Assembly (NCBI GenBank): GCA_965247095.1
Contig: OZ251997.1
Coordinates: forward strand, 896,001 to 960,000
From: Candidatus Multivorans sp.
Lineage (GTDB): Bacteria > Acidobacteriota > Thermoanaerobaculia > Multivoradales > Multivoraceae
Length of the DNA stretch: 64,000 nucleotides
Direction: 5' to 3'
Shown here: piece by piece, positions 61,125 through 64,000 of the stretch
Layout of the letters: every line of letters starts with the position of its first letter
How positions within the stretch are numbered: the stretch's first letter is position 1
The notes under the pieces: model-generated
What the model was told of the DNA's origin: nothing
The model's database searches: none
Seen by the model: only the letters and a program-made list of their open reading frames with translations
Translations under genes and position numbers: made by a program

Positions 61125-63386
61125 ATGGGTCTGCTGGCGCCTCTCTTCCTGCTCGGCCTGGCCGCGGTCGCGGTGCCGGTGATCATCCACATGCGTCTGC
61201 GTCACCGTAGTCAGGTGGTCGCGTTCCCGTCCCTGATGTTCATCTCCAGGGCGCCCTACCGATCCGTTCGCCGGCGCCGTCTGCGCGATCTGCTGCTTCT
61301 GGCTCTGCGCTGCCTGGCGCTGGCGCTCCTGGCTGTGGCCTTTGCTCGGCCTCTGTTTCAGGGCGACGGGGCGGCCAACGCCGCCGCCGCCAACCGGCTG
61401 ACCGTCGTGCTGCTGGACAACTCGTTCAGCATGGGCTTCGGCGACAGGTGGCAGCGAGGCACGACGGCGGCGGCTTCGGCGTTTGACGGGCTGGGTACGG
61501 GAGATCGCGGCGCCCTGATCGTCTACTCGGATCGGGCGGAGATGCTGAGTGCGCCGACATCGGACGGATCCCTGCTGGCGACCCTGGCGAGGGAGGCGGA
61601 ACTGGTTCCCCGCGCCACGTCGCTGCTGCCCGCGATTCAGGTGGCCCGTGGGGTGCTCGCGGACGCGGGAAGCCTCGCCGTGAGGGAGCTCGTGATCGTC
61701 AGCGACCTCCAGCGTTCGTCTTGGGCGCCCGACAACGCGGCGTTGTTGCCCCAGGGCGTCGAACTGCGTCTGGTCGATGTCCGTTCGGAGGAGGAGGACC
61801 GGGGCAATGCCGCCGTCACCGACGTGGTGCTCGATCACTCTCGCGTGTCTTCCTCCGAGTCCGGAGGGGGCGCGCGGGAACAGGTGGGCATCGCGGCGCG
61901 CGTCAGCTACCAGAGTGTCGGCGGAGCAGCCGACGAGGATGGAGCAGCCGCGACCCTGCGGGCGGAAGTCGACCTGCTCTTCGACGGAGAGGTCATCCAG
62001 ACCCGGGCTGTGGAACTGCCGCTCGACTCCTCGACCATGGTCAATTTCGCGCCCGAGGTCCTGGAGCGGGAGCGCACCACCCGGGGCACGGTGCGGCTCC
62101 GGGAGGACGCTCTGGATACCGACAACGAGTTCCACTTCGTGCTGTCTCCCGCGCACGAAGTCGGAGTGCTGGTCATCGAGCCCGGGGGTGACCGGCGGCG
62201 CGGCCGCTACCTCGAGGAGGCGCTGTCGCTCGGCCGCCGTCCGTTCCTGCGGGTGAACAGAGTCCAGGCTTCCGGTTTTGAGCCGACGATGCTGGAAGGC
62301 AAGTCCGTCGTCGTGATCAACGACGCGGCGCAGCAGCTCCCCTCCGCGGCCGTCGCGGCGGTCCTCCGCTTCGTCCGTGAAGGGGGCGGCCTGCTGCTCG
62401 GGGTCGAGCGCGGCCTGAACTCGACTTCGGCTCTGCTCGGGGAGTTCGGGGTCGAAAGCTCGCAGCAGGTGGACCGGTTGTCCGGCACGCCCGGTTCTCT
62501 GGCCTGGTTCGACACCGGCCACCCGGTCTTCGACGTCTTCGCCACGGCGCGGAGCGGGGACTTCTCGTCGGCGTCGTTCTTCCGCTACCACCGCCTGGAG
62601 ACACCCGAAGGGGCGCTTCCGATCGCCCTTTTCGACGACGGCTCGCCGGCTCTGCTCGACCTGATGCCCGCGGTGTCGGAGGACTCGGCCTCGGGGGCCG
62701 TCGACGGCAAGGGCGGGCGCGTGCTGGTGTTGCCCACGTCGTTCGACACCTTCTGGAACACCCTGCCGCTGCAGGCGGTGTTCGTTCCCTTCGTGCATCG
62801 TTCGGCGCAGTACCTGGCCGGCTACTCGTTGCCCCGTTCGTGGTACCGCGTCGGCGAGGTCGCCTCGGTCGAGTTGCCCGGACCGGCGGGAGGCGAGGGC
62901 GACGGCTACATCTCGGTCGCTCCGTCCGGCCGCGAGCGCCGCCTCGGCACAGGTGGAAGCGATCTTCTGCTCGATGTGGAGGAGCCGGGCTTCTACGACT
63001 TTCGCGAAGTGCGGGCGGACGTTACAGCCCAGCGTCTGACACTTGCGGCCAACGTGCCGGTGTTGGAGTCGGACCTGGGCGCACTCGACCTCGACGAGTT
63101 CATGTCCCGAATCAGACCCGACCAGGCTGAAGACGCAGCGGCCGACCTGGAGAGCGCTACAACACCCGAAGAGCGGGAGGGGCGGCAGCGCCTCTGGTGG
63201 TATCTGATCGCCGCGGCGGCGGTGGTTCTGGCCGCCGAGGGCCTGTTCGGGAACCGTCGGCGGGCGGCTGCGACGCCGATCGTGACAGCATGGAGTTCCA
63301 TCCCCGCGCCCGATGACGGGCACGGGGACTGGTTCACGGTTCGCGCGGGGACGCGCCAACCGGGTTCCACCGGCGGGGAGACGTGA
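61125..63386 (+). CDS. BatA-domain VWA membrane protein
   Basis: N-terminal PLFLLGL..PVIIH..FPSLMF..ARP, LDNSFSM, VSDLQ, C-terminal TM LWWYL. Confidence 0.88.
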   Translation: MGLLAPLFLLGLAAVAVPVIIHMRLRHRSQVVAFPSLMFISRAPYRSVRRRRLRDLLLLALRCLALALLAVAFARPLFQGDGAANAAAANRLTVVLLDNSFSMGFGDRWQRGTTAAASAFDGLGTGDRGALIVYSDRAEMLSAPTSDGSLLATLAREAELVPRATSLLPAIQVARGVLADAGSLAVRELVIVSDLQRSSWAPDNAALLPQGVELRLVDVRSEEEDRGNAAVTDVVLDHSRVSSSESGGGAREQVGIAARVSYQSVGGAADEDGAAATLRAEVDLLFDGEVIQTRAVELPLDSSTMVNFAPEVLERERTTRGTVRLREDALDTDNEFHFVLSPAHEVGVLVIEPGGDRRRGRYLEEALSLGRRPFLRVNRVQASGFEPTMLEGKSVVVINDAAQQLPSAAVAAVLRFVREGGGLLLGVERGLNSTSALLGEFGVESSQQVDRLSGTPGSLAWFDTGHPVFDVFATARSGDFSSASFFRYHRLETPEGALPIALFDDGSPALLDLMPAVSEDSASGAVDGKGGRVLVLPTSFDTFWNTLPLQAVFVPFVHRSAQYLAGYSLPRSWYRVGEVASVELPGPAGGEGDGYISVAPSGRERRLGTGGSDLLLDVEEPGFYDFREVRADVTAQRLTLAANVPVLESDLGALDLDEFMSRIRPDQAEDAAADLESATTPEEREGRQRLWWYLIAAAAVVLAAEGLFGNRRRAAATPIVTAWSSIPAPDDGHGDWFTVRAGTRQPGSTGGET

Positions 63387-64000
63387 TGGCAGCCAGCTTC
63401 GATCCCATCTACGACCCGACCTACGGCGAACTGATGAGCGTGATCCGGCGCGTGCGCGCGCGCTGGCGCGTGAAGGTGGCCTTGCGCGGCCTCGTCATGG
63501 TGGCGGTGGCCGGATTCGTCGCCTTTGCGATGTCCGTATGGGGCATGGACTACTTCCTCTACAGCGAGCGGGCTGTCCAGATCTTCCGCTGGCTCACCTA
63601 TGTGGCCCTGATCGGGCTTGCCGTTCGGCTGTTGGTGGCGCCCCTGGTTCAGCGGGTGTCCAAGCAGCAGGTGGCGCTCTACGTCGAAGAGCACGAGCCG
63701 ACGCTCCGGGCCTCGGTCCTGAGCGCGGTCGAACTCGGACCGGTGCAGCACGGTTCGCCCCGCGATACGGAGCGGGTATCGCCCGAGCTCCAGCGGCGGG
63801 TCCTGGAAGAAGCGATCGAGCGCTGCCAGAACAGCGGCTTTGCTTCCCGCATCGAGCGTGGATCGCTGCGCCGCTTCTCGGCAGCCCTGGCGGGAGTGGC
63901 GGGCGCGGGCATGGCCGCGGTCCTGCTCAGCCCCGCTTTCCTGCAACACGGCGCCATGCTGCTGTTCGCGCCCTGGCGGGCGGCGGCGGCGGACAATCCC
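63386..64000 (+). CDS. Large membrane-anchored protein (DUF4175-like), 3' truncated by window edge
   Basis: ATG overlaps the previous TGA; VRARWR followed by TM helices and QVALYVEEHEP..SAVE; open to the window end. Confidence 0.7.
   Translation, partial: MAASFDPIYDPTYGELMSVIRRVRARWRVKVALRGLVMVAVAGFVAFAMSVWGMDYFLYSERAVQIFRWLTYVALIGLAVRLLVAPLVQRVSKQQVALYVEEHEPTLRASVLSAVELGPVQHGSPRDTERVSPELQRRVLEEAIERCQNSGFASRIERGSLRRFSAALAGVAGAGMAAVLLSPAFLQHGAMLLFAPWRAAAADNP

Noticed and set aside
42845-63359. Very long antisense or alternate-frame ORFs (e.g. 42845-45139+, 45290-47503-, 55447-58050-, 60147-63359-)
   Set aside because: Shadow ORFs of well-supported genes, expected at high GC; they contain no motifs.

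Overview
High-GC bacterial window, probably Acidobacteriota (Thermoanaerobaculia-like). This is inferred from the acidobacterial VWA paralogs, the DUF4159/MoxR cluster and a characteristic Cys-containing C-terminal domain. From left to right it holds: the end of a DUF4159 gene; two tandem MBL-fold paralogs, one missing metal ligands; a PQQ-like propeller; a DUF255/thioredoxin protein; an alkD fragment; an Lrp regulator divergent from a surface-protein operon broken by an IS4 element; a three-part sialidase-like/cyclohexadienyl dehydratase/chorismate mutase fusion; a decayed Calx-beta autotransporter; a TPP enzyme plus two complementary isocitrate-dehydrogenase-family genes; an Lrp-linked Phe/Tyr catabolic operon (aminotransferase, hppD, hmgA, phhA); an amidase; a VWA paralog array; a probable selenocysteine peroxiredoxin with a SECIS-like hairpin; a PVC-type heme protein; PIG-L deacetylase, dnaE, comEC and miaA; and a large DUF4159-VWA-TPR/peptidase-MoxR-DUF58-BatA operon that runs off the end. 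Many genes appear leaderless. No rRNA, tRNA or CRISPR array was seen. All calls come from reading motifs by eye; no searches were run.
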